Shown here: one piece after another, positions 1 through 10,555 of the stretch
Position numbering within the stretch: the stretch's first letter is position 1
How the letters are laid out: each line of letters opens with the position of its first letter
From: a virus
Lineage: Duplodnaviria > Heunggongvirae > Uroviricota > Caudoviricetes
IMG/VR virus record: IMGVR_UViG_2925891887_000008
Strand: one strand, 5' to 3'
DNA: 38,557 nt
Notes under the pieces: model-generated
The model's input: only the letters and a program-made list of their open reading frames with translations
Told to the model about the DNA's origin: nothing
Databases searched by the model: none
Made by a program: the position numbers and the translations under genes

Positions 1-288
1 TCAATGGTTGGCGTCATTATCTTTTTCTCTTTCTGAACGTGAATATTGCGGTGGACGGTTCATCAGCTGTGGGGCAAGACGTTTTGCCACCTGAAGAATA
101 ACCACCACCGCAGCGGGAAGCATGAGCAAAACACCGAGAAAAATCATCAGAATCTGCACTTCTGGCCGAGAAAATGGCTCAGGCAGCGACAGGGAGTCGC
201 TTACCGACAGCAGCGCCACCGCCAGTAGCATCATTCCGATAAATTCCAGTATCAACACGCCTTTAGGCAATTTACCGATCGCGCGCAT
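1..288 (-). CDS. ybjC: Small inner-membrane protein YbjC (95 aa)
   Basis: Complete 95-aa hydrophobic ORF divergent from grxA; gene order ybjC-grxA-ybjM-ybjL matches the E. coli neighbourhood as I remember it. Confidence 0.7.
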   Translation of the reverse strand: MRAIGKLPKGVLILEFIGMMLLAVALLSVSDSLSLPEPFSRPEVQILMIFLGVLLMLPAAVVVILQVAKRLAPQLMNRPPQYSRSEREKDNDANH

Positions 289-447
289 ACGCTTCCCTCT
301 GCAAAGTGAGCCTTCAGTCTAAAACTTTTCACTGTATTGTGTTTAACAGTTATAGCTTTTAGCAATTAATGCAACAGGTTAAACCTACTTTCAGCGAATA
401 CATTTTAGCGTGATCATTACAGGCATAAATCTATGAGGAGAGAAATA

Positions 448-705
448 ATGCAAACCGTTATTTTTGGTCGTTCGGGTTGCCCTTACTGTGTGCGTGCAAA
501 AGATCTGGCTGAGAAATTGAGCAATGAACGCGATGATTTTCAGTATCAGTATGTAGATATTCGTGCGGAAGGGATCACTAAAGAAGATCTACAACAAAAG
601 GCAGGTAAACCCGTAGAAACCGTGCCGCAGATTTTTGTCGATCAGCAACATATCGGCGGCTATACCGATTTTGCTGCATGGGTGAAAGAAAATCTGGACG
701 CCTGA
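448..705 (+). CDS. grxA: Glutaredoxin 1
   Basis: ATG at 448 gives MQTVIFGRSGCPYCVRAK... with the CPYC active site, 85 aa; the track ORF 433..705 has an in-frame upstream extension. Confidence 0.9.
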   Translation: MQTVIFGRSGCPYCVRAKDLAEKLSNERDDFQYQYVDIRAEGITKEDLQQKAGKPVETVPQIFVDQQHIGGYTDFAAWVKENLDA

Positions 706-734
706 TCGTCTGACAAGCCCTCGCGTTGAGGGCT

Positions 735-1112
735 TTACTGATTTTTTCTGTGCTGTGGTTTAAACAAACTACTGATAAATAAGAAACACAGTGCCCCCAG
801 CGCACACCAGAACACCGCGCTTAGTAACCATGCCAGCTCTTGCCAGAATGAGCGCGTCGGTGAAAAAAACAGCCGCATAATGAGCATCGAACAGGGTGCC
901 GCCAGCATTGCGCCAAACAGAGGTTTCAGGACTTCTCTACGCTGTGAAAAGAAGCTGGCGACTGCTCCAGGAAGAATGAAAAATAGCAAGCCGATTTCAG
1001 GATGCCCGGCAGCCCGAAAAGCGCCTTTCATGTGCGTCGCCAGAAAAAGGCACACCACAATGAAGAGGACAAAACAGCAGATTGCCCCCGCCCAACGTTG
1101 TTTATGTTTCAC
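735..1112 (-). CDS. ybjM: Inner membrane protein YbjM (125 aa, multi-pass)
   Basis: 125-aa strongly hydrophobic ORF convergent with grxA; position matches ybjM. Confidence 0.7.
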   Translation of the reverse strand: MKHKQRWAGAICCFVLFIVVCLFLATHMKGAFRAAGHPEIGLLFFILPGAVASFFSQRREVLKPLFGAMLAAPCSMLIMRLFFSPTRSFWQELAWLLSAVFWCALGALCFLFISSLFKPQHRKNQ

Positions 1113-1381
1113 TCGTTCCTCCTGACACTGCGTCTATCGAACACATTTTTCGCCAGTGTGGCGTTCAGTAAGATAAAGCCGCTTCGCATTCCATGCTAAT
1201 ATAGGCCAACGCAATTCATATAGCCGTTGATACCTAATGTGATTACACTAGTAAAATATATTGTTACTTTACTATCGTTTAGGTGCGCTGAATGAATCTG
1301 CGCCCTGAATTCTGGTAAAAAACATTATCGTAAATTACCATTTCTTTCAACAGCTTACTAGTAAACAAGAAGTTAGCCTCC

Positions 1382-3067
1382 GTGAATATAAACGTCGCCG
1401 AATTGTTAAATGGGAATTACATTTTGTTATTATTTGTGGTCCTCGCGCTTGGGCTATGTCTCGGAAAGTTACGACTTGGTTCGATCCAACTGGGTAATTC
1501 CATTGGCGTTTTAGTCGTATCGCTGTTATTAGGCCAACAACATTTCAGCATTAACACCGATGCGCTTAATCTTGGCTTTATGCTGTTTATTTTCTGCGTC
1601 GGGGTCGAAGCCGGACCGAACTTTTTTTCCATTTTTTTTCGCGATGGGAAAAATTACCTAATGTTAGCACTGGTGATGGTTGGCAGTGCGCTGGTGATCG
1701 CCTTAGGGTTAGGTAAGCTGTTTGGCTGGGATATTGGCCTGACGGCCGGTATGTTAGCAGGCTCTATGACGTCGACACCGGTTCTGGTCGGTGCTGGCGA
1801 TACACTGCGTCATTCCGGCATGGAAAGCAGGCAGCTCTCACTGGCACTGGATAATCTGAGCCTCGGGTATGCCTTAACCTATTTAATCGGTCTGGTGAGT
1901 TTGATTGTTGGTGCGCGTTACTTGCCGAAATTGCAGCATCAGGACTTACAGACCAGCGCCCAGCAAATCGCCCGCGAACGTGGCCTGGACACTGATGCCA
2001 ACCGTAAGGTTTATTTACCGGTGATCCGCGCCTATCGCGTCGGCCCGGAGCTGGTGGCCTGGACCGACGGCAAAAATCTGCGTGAACTGGGTATTTATCG
2101 ACAAACCGGCTGCTACATTGAACGTATTCGACGTAACGGGATTCTGGCAAATCCAGACGGTGATGCCGTGCTACAAATGGGCGATGAAATAGCGTTGGTA
2201 GGCTATCCCGACGCCCATGCCCGACTCGATCCCAGCTTCCGTAACGGTAAAGAAGTTTTCGATCGTGACCTTCTCGACATGCGTATCGTCACTGAAGAAG
2301 TGGTCGTTAAAAACCATAACGCTGTAGGTAAACGTCTCGCACAACTGAAGTTGACCGATCACGGTTGCTTCCTTAACCGCGTCATTCGTAGCCAGATTGA
2401 GATGCCGATAGATGACAACGTCGTGCTTAACAAAGGTGACGTTTTACAAGTCAGCGGTGATGCCCGTCGCGTAAAAACCATCGCCGATCGCATCGGCTTT
2501 ATCTCGATTCACAGCCAGGTCACTGACCTGCTGGCATTTTGCGCCTTCTTTGTTATTGGGCTGATGATCGGGATGATCACCTTCCAGTTCAGCACATTCA
2601 GTTTCGGCATGGGGAACGCTGCCGGGTTGTTATTCGCCGGAATTATGCTGGGCTTTATGCGTGCTAACCACCCGACCTTCGGTTACATTCCGCAAGGTGC
2701 ATTAAGCATGGTGAAAGAGTTCGGCTTGATGGTGTTTATGGCAGGCGTTGGTCTGAGCGCCGGTAGCGGTATTAATAACGGCCTGGGCGCGATTGGCGGT
2801 CAGATGTTGATTGCCGGATTAATTGTCAGTCTTGTGCCCGTGGTTATCTGTTTCTTGTTCGGTGCTTATGTATTGCGAATGAACCGCGCACTGTTGTTCG
2901 GCGCAATGATGGGCGCACGCACCTGCGCGCCGGCAATGGAGATCATCAGTGATACAGCTCGCAGTAACATCCCTGCGCTGGGCTATGCGGGCACCTACGC
3001 AATCGCCAACGTCCTGCTGACGCTGGCAGGGACAATCATCGTCATGGTATGGCCAGGATTAGGATAA
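1382..3067 (+). CDS. ybjL: Putative AAE-family transporter YbjL (561 aa)
   Basis: 561-aa ORF with GTG start, hydrophobic N- and C-terminal transporter halves flanking a soluble central region; matches remembered YbjL. Confidence 0.85.
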
Positions 3068-3110
3068 AACTGAAGTTGCCCTGAAAATGAAATTTTTTTG
3101 CACAACCGCA

Positions 3111-3137
3111 GAACTTTTCCGCAGGGCATCAGTCTTA
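3111..3137 (+). promoter_or_regulatory. Sigma-E-type promoter of rybB (-35 GAACTT, 16-bp spacer, -10 TCTTA)
   Basis: GAACTT at 3111-3116 and TCTTA at 3133-3137 immediately upstream of the RybB 5' end at 3144. Confidence 0.45.
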
Positions 3138-3143
3138 ATTAAT

Positions 3144-3222
3144 GCCACTGCTTTTCTTTGATGTCCCCATTTTGTGGAGCCCATCAACCCCGCCATTTCG
3201 GTTCAAGGTTGATGGGTTTTTT
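3144..3222 (+). ncRNA. rybB: RybB small RNA (sigma-E-dependent, Hfq-binding)
   Basis: Sequence GCCACTGCTTTTCTTTGATGTCCCC...GGTTGATGGGTTTTTT matches remembered RybB; ends in a GC-rich hairpin plus U-run. Confidence 0.8.
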
Positions 3223-3280
3223 GTTGCCTAAAATTTATTCTATTTAAAATCATGAGGTTAGAAGCACTGTTTTTTAACGA

Positions 3281-3302
3281 TGGCGACAAAATGGCGGCAG
3301 CG
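3281..3302. repeat. Prophage attachment core, left copy (TGGCGACAAAATGGCGGCAGCG)
   Basis: 22-bp sequence repeated at 38518-38539 with one mismatch (A/G at position 11); directly abuts the ogr stop codon. Confidence 0.6.
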
Positions 3303-3518
3303 TCAAAGAGAGAGCGCCACCTGTCCTGATTTCATTGGATGCGGCTGAACCGGATTTGACTCTTTTGGCGTTGCAATCGAACGAACAAAAGTTTCATGGG
3401 TAACAAAAGTATGGCTGCAGTTAATATTCTGGCACTGGTTGTAACGCTCTTTGGTCAATGAAGATACCTGAAAACTGCTGCGAGTATGGGCGGCACTTCC
3501 ACACAGTGGGCAAATCAT
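3303..3518 (-). CDS. ogr: Late transcription activator Ogr (zinc-finger)
   Basis: MICPLCGSAAH...KERYNQCQNINCSHTF resembles P2 Ogr (CPLC...CQNxNC); start taken at the internal Met that gives a 71-aa product. Confidence 0.85.
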   Translation of the reverse strand: MICPLCGSAAHTRSSFQVSSLTKERYNQCQNINCSHTFVTHETFVRSIATPKESNPVQPHPMKSGQVALSL

Positions 3519-3611
3519 CATTTTTCGAGTTCTCCCCATTTTTGCTAAATTCACAATAATGATACCGCATTATTCCATTTTGCAAACTTAAAAGTTCTCC
3601 ATTGCGAAGAA

Positions 3612-4712
3612 TCATTCCATTTCGAAATCATCAATCCTCACTTCAAGCTCCAGACTGGTCGTAAAACCGTTATCCGGGCTGACGGTATGCGTCAGAGTCG
3701 TAATGGTCCATTCCGCATCATCTATCGGCTGTTTAAAGCCACTGACTTTCACTGGCATTTCCGTGTAGAGATCTGCCCGACCTTCCGCCAGTTGTAGCGA
3801 GAATGACGCAACGCCGCGTTGCAGGCGTTCCCACTGCATTTTCGCCGCTCGTTCGGCGTTGCTCCGGTTGGCATAAGTGCGATTAAGTACCAGCACGTTT
3901 TCATCCGTACCCACCAGGTAATCGCCCTGCTTCGCTTCCGGCTCTTTCTTCTGCTTCTTAGTCCTGCGCTTACGCTTCACCGTGGTGCTTTCTTTCTTCG
4001 AGGGTTCGCGAGTATGCAACCAGCTGGCAATTACGCCCGTGTAAGCTCCGCGATCTGCCAGGGTAAAGCGGTGACTGTCGCCGTCCTTACGTGTGATAGT
4101 GATCACCGGCAGTGGTTTACCGCTGGCACTTTTACCCTGTCCCTGTCGGATGAATAACAGATTGCCATTTTTCACTGACGCGATAGCACCGTACTGGCGC
4201 GCCAGCCGCATCAGAAAACTGCCGTCACTCTCATTAGTCTGGTCTATATGTTCCACGGGCTTATCCGACAGGTCATTACCCAGTGCCATCTTCAGCTTGT
4301 GACGCGCGGCTATTTCCTTGACCACTTCCCCGACAGTGGTCTTGTGCCACGACTTTTCACGGCGGGTATTCAGCGTTTCACGAAAATCAGCACTTCGCGC
4401 CCGGATAGTCAGGCGGTCCGGTGCGCCAGTGTGTTCAATCTCGTCCACCGTGAATGCCCCTTTCGGGAAAAGCGGCTGCCCCTTCCAGCCCAGCGCCAGC
4501 GTAATGACCGCACCACGGCGCGGCAGCGCTATTTTTCCATCGGCGTCGTCCAGCTCCAGATCAAGCTGGTCCGCTTCAAAGCCCCGGTTATCCGTCAGCG
4601 TCAGCCTCATCAGGCGGTTATCCAGCACAGTGGTGATATCCCTGCCCTCAATACTGATGCTGAATGCGGGAGTTTTGTTGCCTTTGTTAAGCAGTTCAGA
4701 GCTGAAATTCAC
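3612..4712 (-). CDS. D: Tail protein D (late control gene D)
   Basis: 366-aa ORF at the P2 gene D position, downstream of U and T. Confidence 0.85.
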   Translation of the reverse strand: MNFSSELLNKGNKTPAFSISIEGRDITTVLDNRLMRLTLTDNRGFEADQLDLELDDADGKIALPRRGAVITLALGWKGQPLFPKGAFTVDEIEHTGAPDRLTIRARSADFRETLNTRREKSWHKTTVGEVVKEIAARHKLKMALGNDLSDKPVEHIDQTNESDGSFLMRLARQYGAIASVKNGNLLFIRQGQGKSASGKPLPVITITRKDGDSHRFTLADRGAYTGVIASWLHTREPSKKESTTVKRKRRTKKQKKEPEAKQGDYLVGTDENVLVLNRTYANRSNAERAAKMQWERLQRGVASFSLQLAEGRADLYTEMPVKVSGFKQPIDDAEWTITTLTHTVSPDNGFTTSLELEVRIDDFEME

Positions 4713-5194
4713 GACAGCAGCCCTCCCACCGTTTTACTGATATCACTTAAGGCAGATGTTGCCGTGTCCTGCAGATTATTCAGTTGCGTACTGAGATCAC
4801 CGAACATATCGGACAGGGATTCATCCACCCGTTTGAGCGACAGGGTGAACTCAATCCGCCGCGGCATACCGTCGCGGAAAAACTCCGTTTTAGTCAGATT
4901 CAGTCCCTCAATCACATACATGCCGTAAATCGTGCCGCTGCCTTCAATCAGGGGCCATGCTTTTCCCTGTTCTGCCATCTGCTCCAGAGCCAGCAACGAC
5001 AGCCTGCCGCCCGTTATCTCCGGCATAAGAACACCAGAAAGCGTCAGCATGTCGTTGTCCGGTCCCAGAAACTGCGTGGACGGACGACGGTTTACCCGGC
5101 TGTTTGCCGCATGTCGCCAGCTGCGTTGATACTGCAGTTCCTGATACGGAACGGTGCGCAGCATAAACACGTACAATCCCAGCACCATCATCAT
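4709..5194 (-). CDS. U: Tail protein U
   Basis: 161-aa ORF overlapping the T stop and D start by 4 bp each, in the P2 T-U-D order. Confidence 0.8.
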   Translation of the reverse strand: MMMVLGLYVFMLRTVPYQELQYQRSWRHAANSRVNRRPSTQFLGPDNDMLTLSGVLMPEITGGRLSLLALEQMAEQGKAWPLIEGSGTIYGMYVIEGLNLTKTEFFRDGMPRRIEFTLSLKRVDESLSDMFGDLSTQLNNLQDTATSALSDISKTVGGLLS

Positions 5195-8100
5195 GCGTCG
5201 TATCCCCCCTGATCGCTGTAGTTACTCCTGGCTTTTGCCTTCAGCCTGCGTTCACGTTCATCAAGCTGGCGTGCCACCTCCCGCGCAATATCCTGCGCAC
5301 TTTGTCCTGGCTGCATCTGAATGATGATCTGCGTCGGTGCCTCAATCCTGTAAACGGGCGGCACAGTGGCTGCACGACTCACCATCGCTTCGCCGCCTTT
5401 CGCGGGAAGTGCCAAAGGATGCAACGGTGGAAGCTCTGCAGGCGCGGCAGCAACGCCCATCATTCCGGCAACAACGGCAGCCAGTGCAGCTGTATTTCTC
5501 CGGCTGGTCACATTTGCCGGGCCGTTAACAATTTCCGGCCCGTTTTCACCGACGATGCCAAACTGCCCGCGCGGGATATAGCCGCCGCTGTCATACATCC
5601 CCGCAAAGCCATATCCCCATGACGGAAAACCACCCGATGGCATCATCACTTTACCGTTTGTATTCACCGTCGCAGGTTGCTGACGCGTCACACTTTCCGG
5701 TAGTTTCGCCTTTGCGGCCTCTTTACTGACAACGCCGAGTTTCTCCAGCAACCAGGAAACGCCGGATTTCAGGGAGTCCAGCGGATGCATGACCATATTC
5801 AGCCCTTCCGCCAGTGCCTCCCCGAATCGCCGCCCCATTGCCGCTGCACTCTGCAGTTCGGCAGAGGTTGACTTAACGGGCGTCAGCAGATCAGTAAACC
5901 AGCCCCACAGCGCCTGTACTTTGTCGCCAATCCACTGGAACACGGGCTTAAGCGGTTCGAATGCTGCACTGACGGGACCTGCCGCCGCTTTGAATCCTTC
6001 CACCACGCCACCAAGAAATGCGGTGATGGGTTGCCAGTATTTCCAGACAACCAGCGCCACGCCCGCCAGTGCAGTAACCACAAGACCTATCGGACTGAGC
6101 AGAGCACCTAACAGACCAGATACGGCATACAGGGCAACGCGCAGCATCGCCAGTGGACCAGATGCCAGTACTCGCAGCACCGTGCCTGCGGCGGCCAGTC
6201 CACCACGCAGTACCGCCAGAGGATTCATAAACATCACAGCAACAGCACGTAAACCGGATAATCCAGACCGCAAAAGTGCAACCGGCGCACCTGCTACAGT
6301 TTTCAGGACATTTCCCGTCAGTGATGCCGTGCGGCGCAAAGACGACAACGGCGCAGTAAGTAAACCCGCAGCGTGGCCCGATGAAGCAAGCCCGCGTCGC
6401 AGCAGTGCCAGTGGTGCGCCAGCCAGCCAGGACAACGCGCTGCTGGTTCGAGTTACTGCTGCCGTAACGGAAGGTAACGTTTTGATACCCAGCACAGAGA
6501 ACCCCAGACGGATCACTGCCAGCGGCCCCAGCACTGCAGCTAACACCACCGCTAAGGTGCCGAGGCCCACGGTAACCGCAGCCACAACAGCCGCCGCTTT
6601 CATCAGTGTGCCCGTCAGTTCCGGGTTAGCTTCCACCCAGCGACGCAACGCCCCCGTGACGCTTTTCACCGTGAACAGAATATCCATCAGCGGCTGGCGC
6701 AGCGTTTCGCCCAGGCTGCTGAAGGTGTTCTGCGCTCCGGTTTTGACCAGCAACCACTGAGCAGAAAGTGAGTCTTTGTTGATGTCGGATTCTTTCTGCA
6801 TGGAGCCGAGCGCATCATTGCCCGCTGTCAGTTTTAGCTGGCGCTGCAGTTCCGGCAGGTTGTTTGCCAGTTTCGCCGCGTCATCGCCAAACTCTTTACC
6901 AAACAACATGGTCATGGCAGACAGGCGCTTATCCTGCGGCAGCGCGTTCACCTTCTCCAGCACGCGCTGGATGGTTCCCATCGCATCCTTCGTCATCTGC
7001 TTTTCAATCACTTCAGGATTGAGTTTCAGCAGATTCATCCCTTCAAAGAAACTCTTGCTCTGCATGGTGGCAATGGACAATTCACGCACCATCGCGTTTG
7101 CTGCACTGGCTGCAACCTCTGGCGCAGCGCCCAGTGTCAGGAAGGTGGAACCCAGCGCCGCCGCTTTACGATAATCCAGACGATCAGCCACACCGCCCAG
7201 GCGTTGCATGACATCAATGATGTCTGCCCCTTTCGACATGGCGTTATCATCCAGATAGTTCAGCGCATCACCGAGCTGTTCAATATTGCGGGTAGGGATT
7301 TTGTAGAGCTGGGCGATTTTCCCCAGACTTTCTGACAGTTCATCCGCTGGCAGCTCAAAGGCTGTTGCCGCCTTTGCTGCCGTACTGGCGAAGGCCAGCA
7401 GGTCACGTTTCTGGTCCTCCCAGCTGTCGTCAGGGTTTGCAACGTTCATACGCGCACCACCTTCAACCAGTGCAGCGAAGTCCACCGCACCGTTTTCCAT
7501 CGGCAACTGTTCGCTGGCAGCTTTGATGGCATCCTGCATTTCATAAAAACGTGCAGTGCGGTTGCCATTATCGTCACGCAGACCATTGACCTGCTTTGCC
7601 ACACCTTTCATGGCATCTTCCATGCTGGTATAGCTTTTTACTGCCGCCATCACTGGCGTCCCCATTGCCAGCCCTGCCGCCGTGGTGGTGGCTCCGGTTC
7701 CTGCGATGCGATCGCGCACCTCCAGCGAACGGGCATAACTGGCACGCGCTGCATTCATCCTGCGCTGAGCTTCCCCCAGTCGCTTCAGCCGCGCCTCCTG
7801 TTTCGACAGTTCCTGGTTATAACGTGATGTTTCACGGGCTAAACGGGCAGTTGCTCCCGCATCATCTTTCGCAGAAATTCCCGCCCGGTACAGTTCTGCA
7901 CGCACAAGCGCCGTTTGCTTCTGCAAATATTTTTGTTGTTCTTCCAGGCGTTGGACTGCCAGTGTTTGCCGACCTAAAGCCACAAGGTGCCGTTGTGATG
8001 GTTGTTCCATCGCTTCCAGCTCAGAACTAAGCAAATTTGCCTTCTGTCTGGCATAGTTCAGCCTGTCGCCTAACTTTTTGTTATCGGCCTGCAGCTTGCG

Positions 8101-8268
8101 AAATTTTTCCAGGCTGTTACCCGCCTGATTGAGTTGCTTTAATGCGTCACGGGAGTTTCTGATTGCGCCAGCCAGCTCTTTCGAACTGGCCTGTGCAGCA
8201 CGGAATGGGCGGGTGAGTTTGTCAACCGCATTAAGAATGACCTGCAGGCGCAGGTTATTATCACTCAT
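5191..8268 (-). CDS. T: Tail tape measure protein T
   Basis: 1025-aa ORF with coiled-coil N-terminal half, hydrophobic central repeats and Gly-rich C-terminus; follows E/E'. Confidence 0.9.
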   Translation of the reverse strand: MSDNNLRLQVILNAVDKLTRPFRAAQASSKELAGAIRNSRDALKQLNQAGNSLEKFRKLQADNKKLGDRLNYARQKANLLSSELEAMEQPSQRHLVALGRQTLAVQRLEEQQKYLQKQTALVRAELYRAGISAKDDAGATARLARETSRYNQELSKQEARLKRLGEAQRRMNAARASYARSLEVRDRIAGTGATTTAAGLAMGTPVMAAVKSYTSMEDAMKGVAKQVNGLRDDNGNRTARFYEMQDAIKAASEQLPMENGAVDFAALVEGGARMNVANPDDSWEDQKRDLLAFASTAAKAATAFELPADELSESLGKIAQLYKIPTRNIEQLGDALNYLDDNAMSKGADIIDVMQRLGGVADRLDYRKAAALGSTFLTLGAAPEVAASAANAMVRELSIATMQSKSFFEGMNLLKLNPEVIEKQMTKDAMGTIQRVLEKVNALPQDKRLSAMTMLFGKEFGDDAAKLANNLPELQRQLKLTAGNDALGSMQKESDINKDSLSAQWLLVKTGAQNTFSSLGETLRQPLMDILFTVKSVTGALRRWVEANPELTGTLMKAAAVVAAVTVGLGTLAVVLAAVLGPLAVIRLGFSVLGIKTLPSVTAAVTRTSSALSWLAGAPLALLRRGLASSGHAAGLLTAPLSSLRRTASLTGNVLKTVAGAPVALLRSGLSGLRAVAVMFMNPLAVLRGGLAAAGTVLRVLASGPLAMLRVALYAVSGLLGALLSPIGLVVTALAGVALVVWKYWQPITAFLGGVVEGFKAAAGPVSAAFEPLKPVFQWIGDKVQALWGWFTDLLTPVKSTSAELQSAAAMGRRFGEALAEGLNMVMHPLDSLKSGVSWLLEKLGVVSKEAAKAKLPESVTRQQPATVNTNGKVMMPSGGFPSWGYGFAGMYDSGGYIPRGQFGIVGENGPEIVNGPANVTSRRNTAALAAVVAGMMGVAAAPAELPPLHPLALPAKGGEAMVSRAATVPPVYRIEAPTQIIIQMQPGQSAQDIAREVARQLDERERRLKAKARSNYSDQGGYDA

Positions 8269-8697
8269 CGTTAGCCCCGCTTCTCTGAATCGCTTTATAC
8301 CGCCATTCCAGCACTTCGGTCAGCGGCATAACGTCAGTAACGGATGGCGGCCAGTGAAAGATGGTGGCGATATCAGCCACCAGATCGTCAACCGTCAGGC
8401 TGTCGGTAAACCGGCAAGCACCGACTTCTTCAACAAAAAAGTGACAACCTCAACCGACATAGCGGTGAGATCTGCCGGGTCCATCTCTGCAATTTCCTGT
8501 GCAGTCAGTGCCGGGCTGGAGATGCGGGGGATCACGGTCATCATCGCGTTCACATCCATATCCATAATGGCCTGCAGGCGTGTACCGCGCAGTGCACCAG
8601 ACTGCGGTTTACGCAGCACAATTTCGGTGATTTCCGTTTTACCGCGCTTGATAGGGGTATCCAGTTGAATAGTCTTTTCAGTCTGCTTATCGCTCAT
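8261..8697 (-). CDS. E': Tail assembly chaperone E+E' (-1 frameshift product)
   Basis: Slippery heptamer T_TTT_TTG in the E frame at 8434-8440; the -1 frame stays open and ends ...QRSGANDE at a TGA overlapping codons 2-3 of T. Confidence 0.55.
8395..8697 (-). CDS. E: Tail assembly chaperone E
   Basis: 100-aa ORF between FII and T, as in P2. Confidence 0.8.
   Translation of the reverse strand: MSDKQTEKTIQLDTPIKRGKTEITEIVLRKPQSGALRGTRLQAIMDMDVNAMMTVIPRISSPALTAQEIAEMDPADLTAMSVEVVTFLLKKSVLAGLPTA
8434..8440 (-). promoter_or_regulatory. Programmed -1 ribosomal frameshift slippery site (TTTTTTG)
   Basis: X_XXY_YYZ heptamer in the E zero frame, 13 codons before the E stop. Confidence 0.55.
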
Positions 8698-8751
8698 TTT
8701 GTTGTCCTGTAAATTGGGTTCTGGCGCGGAATCCCGCGCCGTTCAGATACA

Positions 8752-9267
8752 TCAGAGGCCGAGGGCGTTGCGGTGCGCTTCCATCAGGTCCACACCGTCC
8801 ACAATTTCCACCATGTTGATAAGGTCCACTTCATAGAGCACCTCACCATTGATAGTCAGCTTCGCGTAGCTGTTGGTACTGGTCACTTTGGTGGTGTTGC
8901 TTTCGCCCGTCTTCCACTCACCGGAATCCACTTCTTTGTGACGTCCGCGCACCACAAGCTCCACGGCCTGCACTTCCCCGGTATCGTCACGCTGGATAGA
9001 GCCGGTAAAGCGCAACTGGATACCATCCACCGTGGCTTTGCCCATCTGCTTAAACAGCAGCAGTTCAGTACCACCAATGGAAAATTCCGTATCCAGTGCG
9101 CCGTCATCCAGCCCCAGATCAACATCCACTGCACCCGGCATTCCGCCGCCGCGATACTTCTCATATTTGCGGGTGAATTTCGGCAGCGTCAGCGACTCAA
9201 CGATCCCCTGCCAGTTGTTCCCGTCATTAAACAGGTTCAGGTGTTTTAATTTGCGTGGTAAAGCCAT
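8752..9267 (-). CDS. FII: Tail tube protein FII
   Basis: 171-aa ORF directly downstream of the sheath gene. Confidence 0.85.
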   Translation of the reverse strand: MALPRKLKHLNLFNDGNNWQGIVESLTLPKFTRKYEKYRGGGMPGAVDVDLGLDDGALDTEFSIGGTELLLFKQMGKATVDGIQLRFTGSIQRDDTGEVQAVELVVRGRHKEVDSGEWKTGESNTTKVTSTNSYAKLTINGEVLYEVDLINMVEIVDGVDLMEAHRNALGL

Positions 9268-9276
9268 GTTGTCCCC

Positions 9277-10449
9277 TTACGCGCTGACCTGGCTGGAGAA
9301 ATTCACCAGGTACTGATCGGTGATGCGCTGACGCAGCATCAGGTTTTCAAGTGGCGGCACTGGTGTGTAGTCGTAGTCGATGGTGAGTTTTCCAGCTTTC
9401 AGAGTGTCTTTGTCGTTCACCGACTCATCCAGCCAGCAATCGCCACCAATGAGATAGCCCTGACTGATCAGGCTGCGCATTTTGGCGCGGATACCTTCGA
9501 TAATGTCGCGGGCCAGCGACGGATTCAGCGGTTTGTCGACAGCCCACATTGGCGCTTCTGCCATCGTGTCCATCAGCACCTGCGCCGTGCGGGTGTTGTT
9601 TTCGAAGGCAAAGAGTGGGTCATCACTCAGACAGCGGGAACCCCAGAAGCGAAAGCCGTCTTTGCGGATAAGTGTGGTAACATCGTTCTGGTTAAGCAGT
9701 CCCGCATCAGTTGCCGGGTCCTGCAGATCCCAGAACACATCAGCAGAAATTCCAGTGACACCGTTCACGCCCACGTTGGACAGGCTTTTGTGCCACCCTG
9801 TCTGCTCATCAATTTTGGCACGCAGACCAAGCGCACGGGCGGTGGCATATGCCGTTGCGTCGGCATTCAGCACCGTGTCCCAACCAGTAAAGTCAGGCCA
9901 AATCAGCATCCCTTCACGCTGACTGAAGTTTTCACGGTAAGTGATCGCCTCCTGCACCGTCTTGCAGCCATACGCTGACAGGTAAGCAAACCCACGCAGG
10001 CTTTGCGCCACGCCCAGCAACTCAGTAGCAACGGCTTTATTATCGTGCCCCGGCACGCCGAGGATGCGCGGTTTAACACCGAGCTGTGACTGGGCAGATA
10101 ACAGGGCTTTCATACCAGTTTTTTTACCTTCAGCAGTCACTGCGCCGATGATATTGGTCGTGGTTTCTTCTTCCGTTTCACCCTGCGGCACACGCACAAC
10201 AACGGTCACGGGTTTTGCCTGGTCAGCGATGGCATCCAGCGAGCGGGCCAGCGTACCGGATTCACCCGCCTTACCGCTGGCAGTAAGCACATCAGTGATT
10301 AGCACGGGTTTATTAAGAGGGAACATTTTTGCATCGGCATCATCGCCCGTGCAGACCATGCCCACGATGGCGGTGCTCACCGTGGTAATGGATCGAGTGC
10401 CTTCGTTGACTTCAACAACGCGCACTCCGTGGTGGTAATCCTGAGCCAT
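9277..10449 (-). CDS. FI: Contractile tail sheath protein FI
   Basis: 390-aa ORF with sheath-like sequence; position matches P2 FI. Confidence 0.9.
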   Translation of the reverse strand: MAQDYHHGVRVVEVNEGTRSITTVSTAIVGMVCTGDDADAKMFPLNKPVLITDVLTASGKAGESGTLARSLDAIADQAKPVTVVVRVPQGETEEETTTNIIGAVTAEGKKTGMKALLSAQSQLGVKPRILGVPGHDNKAVATELLGVAQSLRGFAYLSAYGCKTVQEAITYRENFSQREGMLIWPDFTGWDTVLNADATAYATARALGLRAKIDEQTGWHKSLSNVGVNGVTGISADVFWDLQDPATDAGLLNQNDVTTLIRKDGFRFWGSRCLSDDPLFAFENNTRTAQVLMDTMAEAPMWAVDKPLNPSLARDIIEGIRAKMRSLISQGYLIGGDCWLDESVNDKDTLKAGKLTIDYDYTPVPPLENLMLRQRITDQYLVNFSSQVSA

Positions 10450-10555
10450 AGTGGCGAACCTCCTGATTGGATTAGGCTTCGCCCTATGTTGAAGTGATTG
10501 TGTCTGACAAGCAGCTAAGCGCAGTTGTACCGTTATTCACACAAAATGACGGTAT

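Noticed and set aside
880-1199. Plus-strand ORFs (81 and 65 aa) overlapping ybjM
   Set aside because: They are antisense to the ybjM membrane-protein gene with no RBS.
3223-3302. Possible tRNA or tmRNA gene at the attachment site
   Set aside because: No cloverleaf-compatible sequence or CCA end is present at either core copy. The nearest RNA gene is rybB, which ends 59 bp before the core.
3254-3322. 22-codon plus-strand ORF (MRLEALFFNDGDKMAAAVGITP) in the reconstructed empty attB
   Set aside because: No convincing RBS, very short, and it exists only in a hypothetical joined sequence; more likely chance than a gene.
3421-3615. 64-aa minus-strand ORF overlapping the 5' end of ogr
   Set aside because: It overlaps ogr out of frame and spans the ogr-D intergenic region; no independent support.
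5789-6760. Long plus-strand ORF (323 aa) inside the tape measure gene, and similar antisense ORFs within P (24288..25367), N (22258..22920) and A (29836..30558)
   Set aside because: They are antisense to well-supported GC-rich phage genes, have Ala/Pro/Arg-rich low-complexity translations and no RBS; they are typical shadow ORFs.
10450-10555. P2 Z/fun-type cargo hotspot between the tail fibre assembly gene and FI
   Set aside because: Only about 106 bp of intergenic sequence is present; this hotspot is empty in this prophage.
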